Assembly (NCBI GenBank): GCA_024405265.1
Contig: JAKSOZ010000002.1
Coordinates: 232 to 64,231 of the forward strand
Length of the DNA stretch: 64,000 nt
Direction: 5' to 3'
Origin: Kiritimatiellia bacterium
GTDB taxonomy: Bacteria; Verrucomicrobiota; Kiritimatiellia; RFP12; UBA1067
A model generated the notes under the pieces. That model saw only the letters and a program-made list of their open reading frames with translations, ran no database searches and was not told the origin of the DNA. The translations under genes and the position numbers were made by a program. Positions 27,582 through 35,934 of the stretch are shown here, piece after piece. The first letter of the stretch is position 1; every line of letters begins with the position of its first letter.

Positions 27582-28447
27582 ACGTCCGCCCTCACTTCCT
27601 GAATCGTTTTAGCGCCTGTCAAAACCACAATAAGTCTATCTACTCCTAGCGCGACACCCGAAGCCATCCCCATTTCAGGAAGGCACTTGAAGAACGCTTC
27701 ATCGAGCGGATAATCGCTCTCGCCTAAGGCGCGGCGGTTTTCCTTCGCCTTCGCAAAACGGCGGCGCTGCTCCGCTTCGTCGCAAAGTTCCGAGAAGCAG
27801 TTCGCGAGCTCCATACCGTCATAATAGAATTCCCAGCGCTCCGCCACATCGTAAGTACCGAGCGCAGAGTGTCTGGTGCTTAGGCGAGCGAGCGAAGCGC
27901 ACTCGGGAGGATAATCCATCAAAAAAACGGGGTCGCCCATTTCTTTCAGAGCCGGCTCGATCTTGGTCGCCATATCGAAGTCGAAGCGATCTTGGTCGAA
28001 ACTTTCCCACGGATCCCACTGAGCGAACTTAAGATACGCTTCGCGTACCGTCAGCTCACGAAACGATAAAGGATAAGTGTTAAGTGATAAGTGAAGGAAG
28101 AGCTGCTTTAAATCTTCTTTAATATCGAGATAGGACGCGTCTTTCCGATACCACTCGATCATCGTGAACTCGGGATTATGACGCGAGCCGAGTTCTCCTT
28201 CGCGAAAGCAAGGGCCGATTTGATAGATTTTGTCCATTCCTTCGGCAAGAAGCTTCTTCATCTGGAGTTCGGGAGATGCGCGAAGGAAGCCACCGTCTTT
28301 GCAAGGCGGACAGTCGATATGCTCTTCGGGAGCGGGAGCGGGAATACGAACGGCGGTTTCGACTTCCGTGAAGCCGAGCTTATCAAAGAAGTCGCGTATC
28401 GCTTTAACGATACGCGCTCTTTCCTTCAACTTAATGATATCGCTCAA
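27578..28447 (-). CDS. epmA: EF-P lysine beta-lysyltransferase (GenX/PoxA, truncated class II LysRS paralogue)
   Basis: Class II aaRS motifs YQIGPCFREGELGSRHNPEFTMIEWY, ELANCFSEL and GVALGVDRL. No anticodon-binding domain. Confidence 0.85.
   Translation of the reverse strand: MSDIIKLKERARIVKAIRDFFDKLGFTEVETAVRIPAPAPEEHIDCPPCKDGGFLRASPELQMKKLLAEGMDKIYQIGPCFREGELGSRHNPEFTMIEWYRKDASYLDIKEDLKQLFLHLSLNTYPLSFRELTVREAYLKFAQWDPWESFDQDRFDFDMATKIEPALKEMGDPVFLMDYPPECASLARLSTRHSALGTYDVAERWEFYYDGMELANCFSELCDEAEQRRRFAKAKENRRALGESDYPLDEAFFKCLPEMGMASGVALGVDRLIVVLTGAKTIQEVRADV
28065..28102 (+). repeat. inverted copy of the 7-nt spacer repeat embedded in epmA coding sequence
   Basis: Plus strand GATAAAG GATAAGT GTTAAGT GATAAGT GAAGGAA GAG in perfect 7-nt phasing. 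Read on the coding strand it encodes LFLHLSLNTYPLS. Confidence 0.5.
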
Positions 28448-29660
28448 AGTACTTCGTAAGGAGCTTTTCCATTCTCGTTTCGAGCCAAGGAGTCACTCCC
28501 CAATAATCGCGGAGATTCAAATATTCGTTGATCGGGCCCGGCTGACCGGGCTTCACACCATATTCGCACTTGAGTAAGATATTGCGCGCCGTCGCTTCGG
28601 AGGAAACGAACTCGATGACCTGAGTCTTGAAGCCGAGGATGCGAAGGAGCATCGCGCGGAACGAGTCGGTCAAGATATCGCAAAGACGCTCGCGAAGAAT
28701 CGACTGACGAAGGAGACCTCCGAACGTATCGCGGGAAGCGACCGCCTTCTCGACCTTGCCGAGATCCTTCTGAAGCTCATGCTGACAGCAAGGCGCGGAA
28801 AGAATGTACTTCGCCTTCCATTCGATGCCCTTCGCAAGCGCTTCGTCGGTAGCCGTGTCGCAAGCATGAAGCGAAATCACCATCTCGACCTTCTCGAGAT
28901 TGACCGCCGCGAGATCGGATTCGATGAATTCGACATCGTTCGCGACATCAAGCTGCTCGGCCATTTTCTTCGCGGCGGTTATGACGTCGTTTCGGCGATC
29001 GATACCGGTAACCTTGACGTTCTTGAAGCCCAAGGTGCGCGTCAAATAGAAGTACAAAGAAAGCGTCAAATACGCCTTCCCGCAGCCGCAGTCGACCACA
29101 CGGAAAGGAGTCTCTTCACCGGGATTGTAATTCTCGACCGTTTCCTTCACGACCTTAAGGAACTCATTTACCTGGTCGTATTTGCCGCGCATCGAAGCGC
29201 GAATCTTGCCTTCACCATCCGCTAGGTTGATCGTGCGAAGAAGCGCCGCGCTGTCGAAGCTCGTCAAAGGCAAGTTCTTGACGCGATCGTGGGGCTTTAC
29301 GGTAACGACGCGCTCCATTTCGGCGGAGCGCGAAACGAGGACGTGGCCCTTCTTGGTGACGCGAATATGAAGGTCGCCTTTCGCGGTCATGATATGCATA
29401 TCACGAGCGCCGCGCTGGGCGATGATCTCCTCAAGACCTTCTGCTGCGGCGTTCATGTCGAAGTTCTTGACCTGAACTTGACCTTCGTCGGTCATTTCGG
29501 CCTGGAACTTCTTTTCGCCTCCGATTTCGACGGGGCGCATCGCGATCTTGAACTGCTTGCCGTTCCTGCGAACCGACTGGACGATCTTCATGAAGCCCTC
29601 GCCCAAAACGCGCTGGCGAATCTCTTCCTTAAGCTTCGGCTCTAATTCGAATCTTTCCAT
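28431..29660 (-). CDS. class I SAM-dependent methyltransferase
   Basis: Motif I VVDCGCGKAYLT, post-I VTGIDR, SLHACDTATDEAL. Start trimmed from TTG 29672 to ATG 29660 (MERFELEPKL). Confidence 0.7.
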   Translation of the reverse strand: MERFELEPKLKEEIRQRVLGEGFMKIVQSVRRNGKQFKIAMRPVEIGGEKKFQAEMTDEGQVQVKNFDMNAAAEGLEEIIAQRGARDMHIMTAKGDLHIRVTKKGHVLVSRSAEMERVVTVKPHDRVKNLPLTSFDSAALLRTINLADGEGKIRASMRGKYDQVNEFLKVVKETVENYNPGEETPFRVVDCGCGKAYLTLSLYFYLTRTLGFKNVKVTGIDRRNDVITAAKKMAEQLDVANDVEFIESDLAAVNLEKVEMVISLHACDTATDEALAKGIEWKAKYILSAPCCQHELQKDLGKVEKAVASRDTFGGLLRQSILRERLCDILTDSFRAMLLRILGFKTQVIEFVSSEATARNILLKCEYGVKPGQPGPINEYLNLRDYWGVTPWLETRMEKLLTKYFERYH

Positions 29661-29690
29661 AACCACTCCCAACTACACACTACCCACTAC
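29661..29690 (-). repeat. 7-nt periodic, C-free, stop-rich intercistronic spacer
   Basis: Sense strand TGA GTAGTGG GTAGTGT GTAGTTG GGAGTGG TT ATG. No C in 30 nt. TAG falls in all three frames. Confidence 0.6.
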
Positions 29691-31361
29691 TCACTTCGCA
29701 GCAACATTGCTGCGACGACGAATCATCCACATCTGAACGATCGAGAGAACCTGCGAAAGCGTCCAATAGAGCGAGAGCGCGGACGGGAAGTTATAGAACA
29801 TAACGAGCATCATGATCGGCATGAAGACCATCATCATCTTTTGCTGATTCTTATCTCCCGTCGAAGGCGTGAGCGCCGTTTGAAGAGCCATCGTAGCCGC
29901 CATCAAAATGGGGAGAATATTGATGCCGCCGAACGGGAGATACGCGGAAAGAAGCCCTTCCGGTTCGGAGAGGTCGGCGATCCAGAGGAACGACGCGTAG
30001 CGAAGTTCGACCGCAGAGCGAAGGACGTTAAAGAGCGCGATGAAGACGGGGATCTGAACGAGCATCGGGAGGCACGAGCTCATCGGATTCACCTTGTTAT
30101 CGCGATAAAGCGCCCAAGTTTCCTGCTGAAGACGCTGAGGATTATCCTTGAACTTTTCCTGAATCGCCTTCATCTTGGGCTGGAGCTCCTGCATCTTCTT
30201 CATGCCGACCGTCGACTTGTGAGTGAGCGGCCAGAAGACAAGGCGGACGATGATCGTAAGTAAGATAATCGCGATACCGAAGGAGGGAATCATCGAATGG
30301 GAGAGGTTCAAAACCCAAACGAGCGGGTAGCAGACCCAGCGCCACATTCCGAACTCCATCACATCGCGCATCCCGAGATCCCAGAGAAGCGCCTGCTTCT
30401 TCGGGCCCACGTAAAAGAGCGTCGTACGCGACTTCTCGAGCGCGGCGAATTCGGCAGCGGACGCGACCGATTCGGGACGATACGAGGAGGAGCTCATGTC
30501 GCGCGTCACCTTCGTGACGAAGCCGGTCATCGTGTCCGTCGAAGAAGCGAGCGAGGAAACGAAGAAGCGGTTCTTGAGAGCGAGATACTTCTGCGCGCCG
30601 GGAACGGGAATAACCGTTTCCTTCGGCATATTCGCCGCGTTCGAAGAGCCGCTGCAACCACCGACTCCACCGACCAAGTACGCCTTAAGGGGGCTATCAC
30701 CTTCGCAGTGGTGAATGACCTTCCCGCCCTTCATATCGATAGCCCAGCTGTCGACCGAGAGGAGATCATTCTTAGATAGACCCATATTGACGACGCCCAA
30801 GGAGAGACGGTTCGCTCCGAGCGCCGCGCCCTTCACCTCTTCGAAGAGTTCGAGCTTGTAATCTTCCTTAAGCGTGAAAGTCTTCTTAAGAGTCTCATTT
30901 TCGAAAGTGATGGTGTTGCCGTTAACCTGTGCGCCTTCGAACGCCATCATCGGCGCGCCGTTGAGTTCAAGGTTGCCGAGGGGCGAGGCCGAGAAGTCCA
31001 TCTCAAGGGCGGGATTTTCTTCGGAAACATCGCCGACTTTAAGCGCATACTTCTTCAACGTCGCCTTCTTGAGAGCGCCGCCATGAGTCGTGAACTCGAG
31101 CTTGACTAGCTCGTTCTCCAAGGTCGCGAGCTGCTCGGGAGGAAGCGGGGCGCTCGGCTCCGCCTCGGCTTGAGGAGTAGGTTGTAGGTCTACAGTGGTA
31201 GCTTCGGCAGCTTGCGTATCTGCACTCGGCGCTTCCGCACTCTGCGCTTCCTGAGCGGCAGGAGTTTCTGCCTGCGTCGCAGTCTGCTTCGACGAAGTAA
31301 ATACGTACCAGGCGAGAACTAACCCGAGTACGACACAAATCAACTTTTCGCTCTTATTCAT
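29691..31361 (-). CDS. yidC: membrane protein insertase YidC
   Basis: 556 aa with N-terminal TM segment, large periplasmic domain and conserved C-terminal 5-TM core (PMLVQIPVFIALF, LSLYWTLSQV). Confidence 0.92.
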   Translation of the reverse strand: MNKSEKLICVVLGLVLAWYVFTSSKQTATQAETPAAQEAQSAEAPSADTQAAEATTVDLQPTPQAEAEPSAPLPPEQLATLENELVKLEFTTHGGALKKATLKKYALKVGDVSEENPALEMDFSASPLGNLELNGAPMMAFEGAQVNGNTITFENETLKKTFTLKEDYKLELFEEVKGAALGANRLSLGVVNMGLSKNDLLSVDSWAIDMKGGKVIHHCEGDSPLKAYLVGGVGGCSGSSNAANMPKETVIPVPGAQKYLALKNRFFVSSLASSTDTMTGFVTKVTRDMSSSSYRPESVASAAEFAALEKSRTTLFYVGPKKQALLWDLGMRDVMEFGMWRWVCYPLVWVLNLSHSMIPSFGIAIILLTIIVRLVFWPLTHKSTVGMKKMQELQPKMKAIQEKFKDNPQRLQQETWALYRDNKVNPMSSCLPMLVQIPVFIALFNVLRSAVELRYASFLWIADLSEPEGLLSAYLPFGGINILPILMAATMALQTALTPSTGDKNQQKMMMVFMPIMMLVMFYNFPSALSLYWTLSQVLSIVQMWMIRRRSNVAAK

Positions 31362-31403
31362 TCTTCTCTCACTTTACCTTTTACACTTTAACCTTTACAC
31401 TCG
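31362..31403 (-). repeat. 7/14-nt tandem repeat spanning the yidD stop and the yidD-yidC spacer
   Basis: Sense strand GTGTAAA GGTTAAA GTGTAAA AGGTAAA GTGAGAG AAGA ATG. The 26-nt spacer proper contains no C. Shares AAGGTTAAAGT with 32753-32806. Confidence 0.6.
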
Positions 31404-31639
31404 AAACGGACGCGCCAGCGTCCTTTCGGAGGAACGGGATCATATCCGTGTTTCCCGAACGGGTGACATCTTAAAATCCGCCATACCCCCAAGAGGGTTC
31501 CTTTCAGTGCGCCGTGGACTTTCAAAGCTTCAATCATGTAGTTAGAACAACTCGGCTCGAATCTGCAAGCCCCTCCCATCATCGGCGAGAGGACGATTTG
31601 GTAGGCTCTAACTAACGTGATAAGCGCCGCGCGCACCAT
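31388..31639 (-). CDS. yidD: membrane protein insertion efficiency factor YidD
   Basis: 83 aa, [48 protein letters not shown] upstream. The track's 200-aa ORF is an artefactual upstream extension. Confidence 0.88.
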   Translation of the reverse strand: MVRAALITLVRAYQIVLSPMMGGACRFEPSCSNYMIEALKVHGALKGTLLGVWRILRCHPFGKHGYDPVPPKGRWRVRFECKG

Positions 31640-31941
31640 TTCATCTCCTCCATCACTTCTAAAGTCGTTTTCGTGATAATCGACGCGCGAGCGATGAATA
31701 TCCACTCCGCATGCTCCGGCATCACGCCTTCTTTCACGAGAAGACGAAAAGCTTCCCTCATAAGCCGCTTCGCACGATTGCGATCGACCGCATGATGAAA
31801 GCTCTTCTTGGAAACGACGACGCCGGCCATTTGGCCAGCGTCGAGTGACGAATACTGCCACGCGACGAGGAGACGTCCCTTTATGGAACGCCCCCGGTCG
31901 AAGACACGAGAGTACTTCGCGCCGGGGAGCCGCGTGGACAT
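31612..31941 (-). CDS. rnpA: RNase P protein component
   Basis: [26 protein letters not shown] (RNR motif). Start trimmed to ATG 31941. Overlaps yidD by 28 nt. Confidence 0.85.
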   Translation of the reverse strand: MSTRLPGAKYSRVFDRGRSIKGRLLVAWQYSSLDAGQMAGVVVSKKSFHHAVDRNRAKRLMREAFRLLVKEGVMPEHAEWIFIARASIITKTTLEVMEEMKWCARRLSR

Positions 31942-31955
31942 AACGCCCAAAGTCC

Positions 31956-32093
31956 TTAGACCTGCGTAAGGCGCTTACGGCCCTTCGCACGACGGGACGC
32001 GAGAACCTTACGTCCGCCCTTCGTCGCCTTGCGAGCGCGATAACCGATCTTCCTTTTCCTCTTAAGCTTCGAGGGCTGCCATGTCATCTTCAT
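31956..32093 (-). CDS. rpmH: 50S ribosomal protein L34 (not in ORF track)
   Basis: Hand translation [56 protein letters not shown] upstream. Canonical rpmH-rnpA-yidD-yidC order. Confidence 0.92.
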   Translation of the reverse strand: MKMTWQPSKLKRKRKIGYRARKATKGGRKVLASRRAKGRKRLTQV

Positions 32094-32126
32094 TGTTTAG
32101 TTCCTTTCGACTGAAATTGAGCGCAT

Positions 32127-32140
32127 ATTATACCATATTT
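32127..32140 (-). promoter_or_regulatory. extended -10 box AAATATGGTATAAT upstream of rpmH
   Basis: Perfect consensus copy. About 27-nt leader containing an SD before the rpmH ATG at 32093. Confidence 0.6.
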
Positions 32141-32176
32141 TCCGTATGCTTTTCAAGCGCCCAATTTCCATGTACT

Positions 32177-32752
32177 TTACTTGGTGGCCGTGCGGTCGTT
32201 ATATTCGCCCGATTCGGTGTTGATGCGAATCGTGTCGCCCTCGTTGATGAACAAGGGAACGGCGAGCGTGTAGCCGCCCTCGACCGTCGCGGGCTTCGTG
32301 ACCTTACCGGAAGCGGTGTTGCCCTTAACGCCGGGTTCGACCTTAACGACCTTACGCTCGACGAGCTGAGGGAGATCGACGCCGATAACGGAGTCATTGA
32401 AGAAGAGGGCCTTCACTTCCATCTCGTCCATGAGGAAGTACTTCTTATCGCCCATGACTTCATAAGAGACGCGGATTTCTTCGAAGTTCTCGTCCGTGAA
32501 GACGAACGCCGTTCCGTCATCATACGAATAAGTGACCGAATACTGAAGAAGTTCGGGCTTTTCGAACTTATCGCCCGAGCGATAGCTCTTCGTCATACCC
32601 GTACCCGTGATCATATTACGGAGTTTGCAGTTATAGATCGCCTGACCCTTACCCGGCTTCGAGAAGTCGAATTCCGTGATTTCCCACGGATCACCGTCGA
32701 TAAGAAGCTTAACACCCTTGTGGAGTTCACCTGCACCGATTACTTCACCCAT
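32177..32752 (-). CDS. efp: elongation factor P
   Basis: DGDPWEITEFDFSKPGKGQAIYNCKLRN, with the modifiable Lys in the KPGKG loop. 191 aa. Confidence 0.95.
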   Translation of the reverse strand: MGEVIGAGELHKGVKLLIDGDPWEITEFDFSKPGKGQAIYNCKLRNMITGTGMTKSYRSGDKFEKPELLQYSVTYSYDDGTAFVFTDENFEEIRVSYEVMGDKKYFLMDEMEVKALFFNDSVIGVDLPQLVERKVVKVEPGVKGNTASGKVTKPATVEGGYTLAVPLFINEGDTIRINTESGEYNDRTATK

Positions 32753-32806
32753 TTTATTCTCTCTTTCTTTTTTACTTTAAGCTTTAACTTTAACCTTAAA
32801 CTCTGT
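32753..32806 (-). repeat. 6-7-nt periodic stop-rich, C-poor intercistronic spacer
   Basis: Sense strand TAA ACAGA GTTTAAG GTTAAA GTTAAA GCTTAAA GTAAAAA AGAAAGAGAGAATAAA ATG. Two C in 54 nt. Confidence 0.55.
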
Positions 32807-34000
32807 TTATTCTCCGAACTGGCAGTCGAGCGCGTCAGAGATCATGTCGATAGCTTCCTCGAGGTCCTCTTCTTTGAGGCTCAAAGGCGGGAGGAAACGA
32901 ACGACGTTCTTACCCGCGGTAAGCGCGAGGAGCCCCTGCGCCGCGAGAGCTTCAACGACGTCTTTCGCTTCGCCGTCGACGACAAGGCCGAGCATCATGC
33001 CCTTGCCGCGAACTTCCAAGAGCTTGTCGTACTGATCGACGAAACCCTGAAGCGCTTCCTTGAGAAGCGTGCCGATTTCCGTCGCCTTATCGAGAAGCTT
33101 TTCGTCTTCGATGATCTCAATGACCGCGAGAGCCGCGGCAGCTGCGACCGGATTACCTCCGAAAGTCGAAGCGTGGGAGCCGGCAGAAAAAACGTTCGCG
33201 GTTTTTTCGTTCATGACGAGCGCGGACATCGGGATGCCGCCGCCGAGCGCCTTCGCGAGCGTGAACATATCGGGCTTAACGCCGTAGCCCTGCCAAGCGA
33301 ACCAAGTCCCCGTGCGACCCATTCCGCTCTGAACTTCGTCGCAGATCATAAGGAGATTCTTTTCGTCACAAAGCGAGCGGACGCCCTTCATGAATTCCTC
33401 AGTCGCGGGAGTGATACCGCCTTCGCCCTGCACGGGTTCGAGCATGATCGCAACCGTCTTGTCGGTAATCGCCGCCTTAACCGACTCGAGATTGTTGAAG
33501 TCAGCGTACTTGAAGCCGACGGGCAAGGGGTCGTACCCTTCCTGACACCACGCCTGACCGGTAGCCGTAACCGTAGCGAGCGTACGGCCATGGAAGCTCT
33601 GACGCATGGTGACGATTTCGTAACGTCCCGACTCCGCGCCCCACTTACGAGCGAGCTTGATCGCCGCTTCGTTCGCTTCCGCGCCGGAATTGGCGAAGAA
33701 AACCTTACCGCCGAGCCCGGAAAGTTCGACGAGTTTCGCCGCGAGACGAGTCGCGGGTTCATTGATGAAGAGATTCGAGCAGTGCGTCATCTTCGCCGCC
33801 TGCGCCTGAATCGCTTCGATTACCTTGGTTCTTCCGTAACCGACGTTCTGGACGCCGATACCGCTCGTGAAGTCATACATCGCGCGGCCATCCGCATCAC
33901 GCACGGTAACGCCTTTGCCGCTCTGCAAGACGATGGAAGGAGAATATGTCGGGGCGACCGACGACTTGTAAAGATCAACTATTTCCGACGATTTGCTCAT
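32807..34000 (-). CDS. argD: acetylornithine aminotransferase (class III PLP aminotransferase)
   Basis: SGAEANEAAIKLARK and DEVQSGMGRTG...TLAKALGGG (PLP-Lys region). Translationally coupled to argB. Confidence 0.85.
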   Translation of the reverse strand: MSKSSEIVDLYKSSVAPTYSPSIVLQSGKGVTVRDADGRAMYDFTSGIGVQNVGYGRTKVIEAIQAQAAKMTHCSNLFINEPATRLAAKLVELSGLGGKVFFANSGAEANEAAIKLARKWGAESGRYEIVTMRQSFHGRTLATVTATGQAWCQEGYDPLPVGFKYADFNNLESVKAAITDKTVAIMLEPVQGEGGITPATEEFMKGVRSLCDEKNLLMICDEVQSGMGRTGTWFAWQGYGVKPDMFTLAKALGGGIPMSALVMNEKTANVFSAGSHASTFGGNPVAAAAALAVIEIIEDEKLLDKATEIGTLLKEALQGFVDQYDKLLEVRGKGMMLGLVVDGEAKDVVEALAAQGLLALTAGKNVVRFLPPLSLKEEDLEEAIDMISDALDCQFGE

Positions 34001-34857
34001 TCTGTTATCTCCGTTCCCACGCCATCACGCGTGAATATTTCCAATAATAATGAGTGGGGCATACGACCATCGACAAGGTGAACTTTTTTCACCCCTTTCT
34101 TGATCGCATCCTCGCAACTCTCGATTTTCGGGAGCATTCCTCCCGATATCACTCCCTCGCTTTTAAGTCGGGCGATGTCCCCGAGCTTAAGCGTGGAGAT
34201 CAGCGTCGTCGGATCCGAGGGATCTCGAAGAAGCCCCGGCACGTCCGAAACGAGCGCGAACTTGCGGACTTTCAAGGCCTTTGCGAGCGCCGCAGCGGCA
34301 TAATCCGCGTTGATGTTATATAAATGGTGATCATCCTTCCCGCTGCCGAGAGGCGTGATGACGGGAACTATCCCCGCGTCGAGCATTTCGACTACCGCGC
34401 GAATTTTAACGTCCGAGACTTCTCCGACGTACCCGCGATCAGGCTCCACTATTTTCTTCGCTTCGAAAATCCAATTGCCGTGCAAGGGCCTCGCGATGGC
34501 ACCGCGATTATTGAGCCTCGTTACGAGATCGGGATTGACGAGATTATTGAGCGTTCTGCGAACGGTTTCCATCGTCTCTTCATCGGTAACGCGAAGCCCG
34601 TCCACGAACTTCGGCTCGTGTCCGGACATTTTAATCGCCTTGGAAATCGCCTTGCCGCCGCCATGAACGACTACGATTTTCATACCGACGGCGTCCATAA
34701 AGGCAATATCGGCCATAAGGGAGTCGAGATTCTTCTCGTCTTCCATAACCGAGCCACCGACTTTGATGAGCACCGTTTCGCCGCGAAAGCTCTGTATATA
34801 TTCAAGCGCCTCCGTCAAAACGGAGGCCTTGGCTGTTGCTGTATCCAATTGGTCCAT
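33997..34857 (-). CDS. argB: acetylglutamate kinase
   Basis: IKVGGSVMED, VVVHGGGKAI, YNINADYAAAALA. Confidence 0.92.
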   Translation of the reverse strand: MDQLDTATAKASVLTEALEYIQSFRGETVLIKVGGSVMEDEKNLDSLMADIAFMDAVGMKIVVVHGGGKAISKAIKMSGHEPKFVDGLRVTDEETMETVRRTLNNLVNPDLVTRLNNRGAIARPLHGNWIFEAKKIVEPDRGYVGEVSDVKIRAVVEMLDAGIVPVITPLGSGKDDHHLYNINADYAAAALAKALKVRKFALVSDVPGLLRDPSDPTTLISTLKLGDIARLKSEGVISGGMLPKIESCEDAIKKGVKKVHLVDGRMPHSLLLEIFTRDGVGTEITE

Positions 34858-34865
34858 TTTGGAAT

Positions 34866-34879
34866 ATTATACCATATTT
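34866..34879 (-). promoter_or_regulatory. extended -10 box AAATATGGTATAAT, 8 nt upstream of the argB ATG
   Basis: Minus strand AAATATGGTATAAT-ATTCCAAA-ATG. No SD. Confidence 0.55.
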
Positions 34880-35922
34880 TATTCCACCTGTGTGAGTAAA
34901 TTATTGCGATAAAGTGCGCGGATGGCGTCGCAGTCCTGAGTGTGGCCCGCGCGGAAGGAAACGACGGTACCGCAAAGACGATCGGCGCCCGTAAGCGAAA
35001 GAGCGGCCATCAAATCGAGGGTCGCGCGATGCCAAATCGGCTCCAAGTACTTGCCCGACGGCTTTTCGAAGCACTCCTGAGCCTTCTGCTTCGTATAGTA
35101 CTTCTTCGGCCCGTGGATAAGAATCTTCTTGTCGTCATAGCCCCAGTTGCGAGTCGCGGCGAAGAGCTTGCCGATAGTCTTCGCGAAGCGATACTGGTTC
35201 AAGGTCGCGTTGGTGCGCGCTAACGACGCATAGCGGAACGTATCGTAGGACGCATCGAAAACGACGCGCTGAGTTCCGATAATCGTATTCCACTTGATCG
35301 CGCAGTCGATGTGAAGCTTCTTGTCGCCCGGCTTCGCGGGGAGAAATAAGAGGAAATCGCCGCGCTTACCACCGAAGGCAACCGGCTCTTTTACGGTGAT
35401 GTAGGTCGCTTTTGTCTCGGTCTTGACGATCTTCGCGTGCTCGATCGCCTTCACGAGCGGAAGCGAGGATTCGTTAAAAAGAGGCGGATCGCCGGAATTG
35501 ACCTTAATGAGGACATTATCGACGCCAAGCCCGAGCTTAAGCGCGATGATATGCTCGACCATGCGAAGATAGTTATGAGGCGAGCCGGAGCGAAGAACGA
35601 GATTCTGAGCGCTCGTCCAGAGATTCTTCACATGAACTTCCGTATCGAGCTGCTCCGGAAGATCCATGCGGCGAATCCACCAACCGGGCTTCTCCGAAGG
35701 CGCGAAAGTCAACGTCTGACGCGTACCGGCCTGAAACGTACCCGAGCCCGAAACCGGCGCTTCGCTCGCGAGGGTCGTGCGATATTCTCCATAGGGATCC
35801 TCCCCCGACTCGAGCACTTTCACTTCGTCGATCTCAAGCTGCTTGAATTCTTCGTACGCGGCCCTGATCGAGGCCTCGCTACCGGAAACGATGCGACCGA
35901 TGGGATATTGAGGCATTTCCAT
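34879..35922 (-). CDS. lpxC: divergent UDP-3-O-acyl-GlcNAc deacetylase (LpxC family) with ~45-aa N-terminal extension
   Basis: Aligns by eye to E. coli LpxC: [19 protein letters not shown] vs [42 protein letters not shown] vs [32 protein letters not shown] vs VRHKMLDA; FRAGH vs YKSGH. Residues aligned to E78/H79/H238/D242/H265 are retained. Confidence 0.68.
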   Translation of the reverse strand: [347 protein letters not shown]

Positions 35923-35934
35923 TTGATCTTCTCC

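Noticed and set aside
28093-28112. Plus-strand SD-like GAAGGAAGAG inside epmA, suggesting a hidden plus-strand gene.
   Set aside because: The only nearby start-like codon gives CTG CTT TAA, an immediate stop. No plus-strand ORF follows.
31388-31990. 200-aa minus-strand ORF spanning yidD and most of rnpA.
   Set aside because: Only the last 83 codons are YidD, which has its own GGAGGAG SD and ATG at 31639. The upstream part is an out-of-frame overlap of rnpA with an Arg-rich nonsense translation.
31388-32176. rpmH-rnpA-yidD-yidC cluster as a marker of oriC/dnaA.
   Set aside because: No dnaA or dnaN gene is present in the window. I saw no cluster of TTATCCACA-like boxes and no AT-rich unwinding region. 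The region upstream of rpmH holds only an 83-nt promoter gap and efp.
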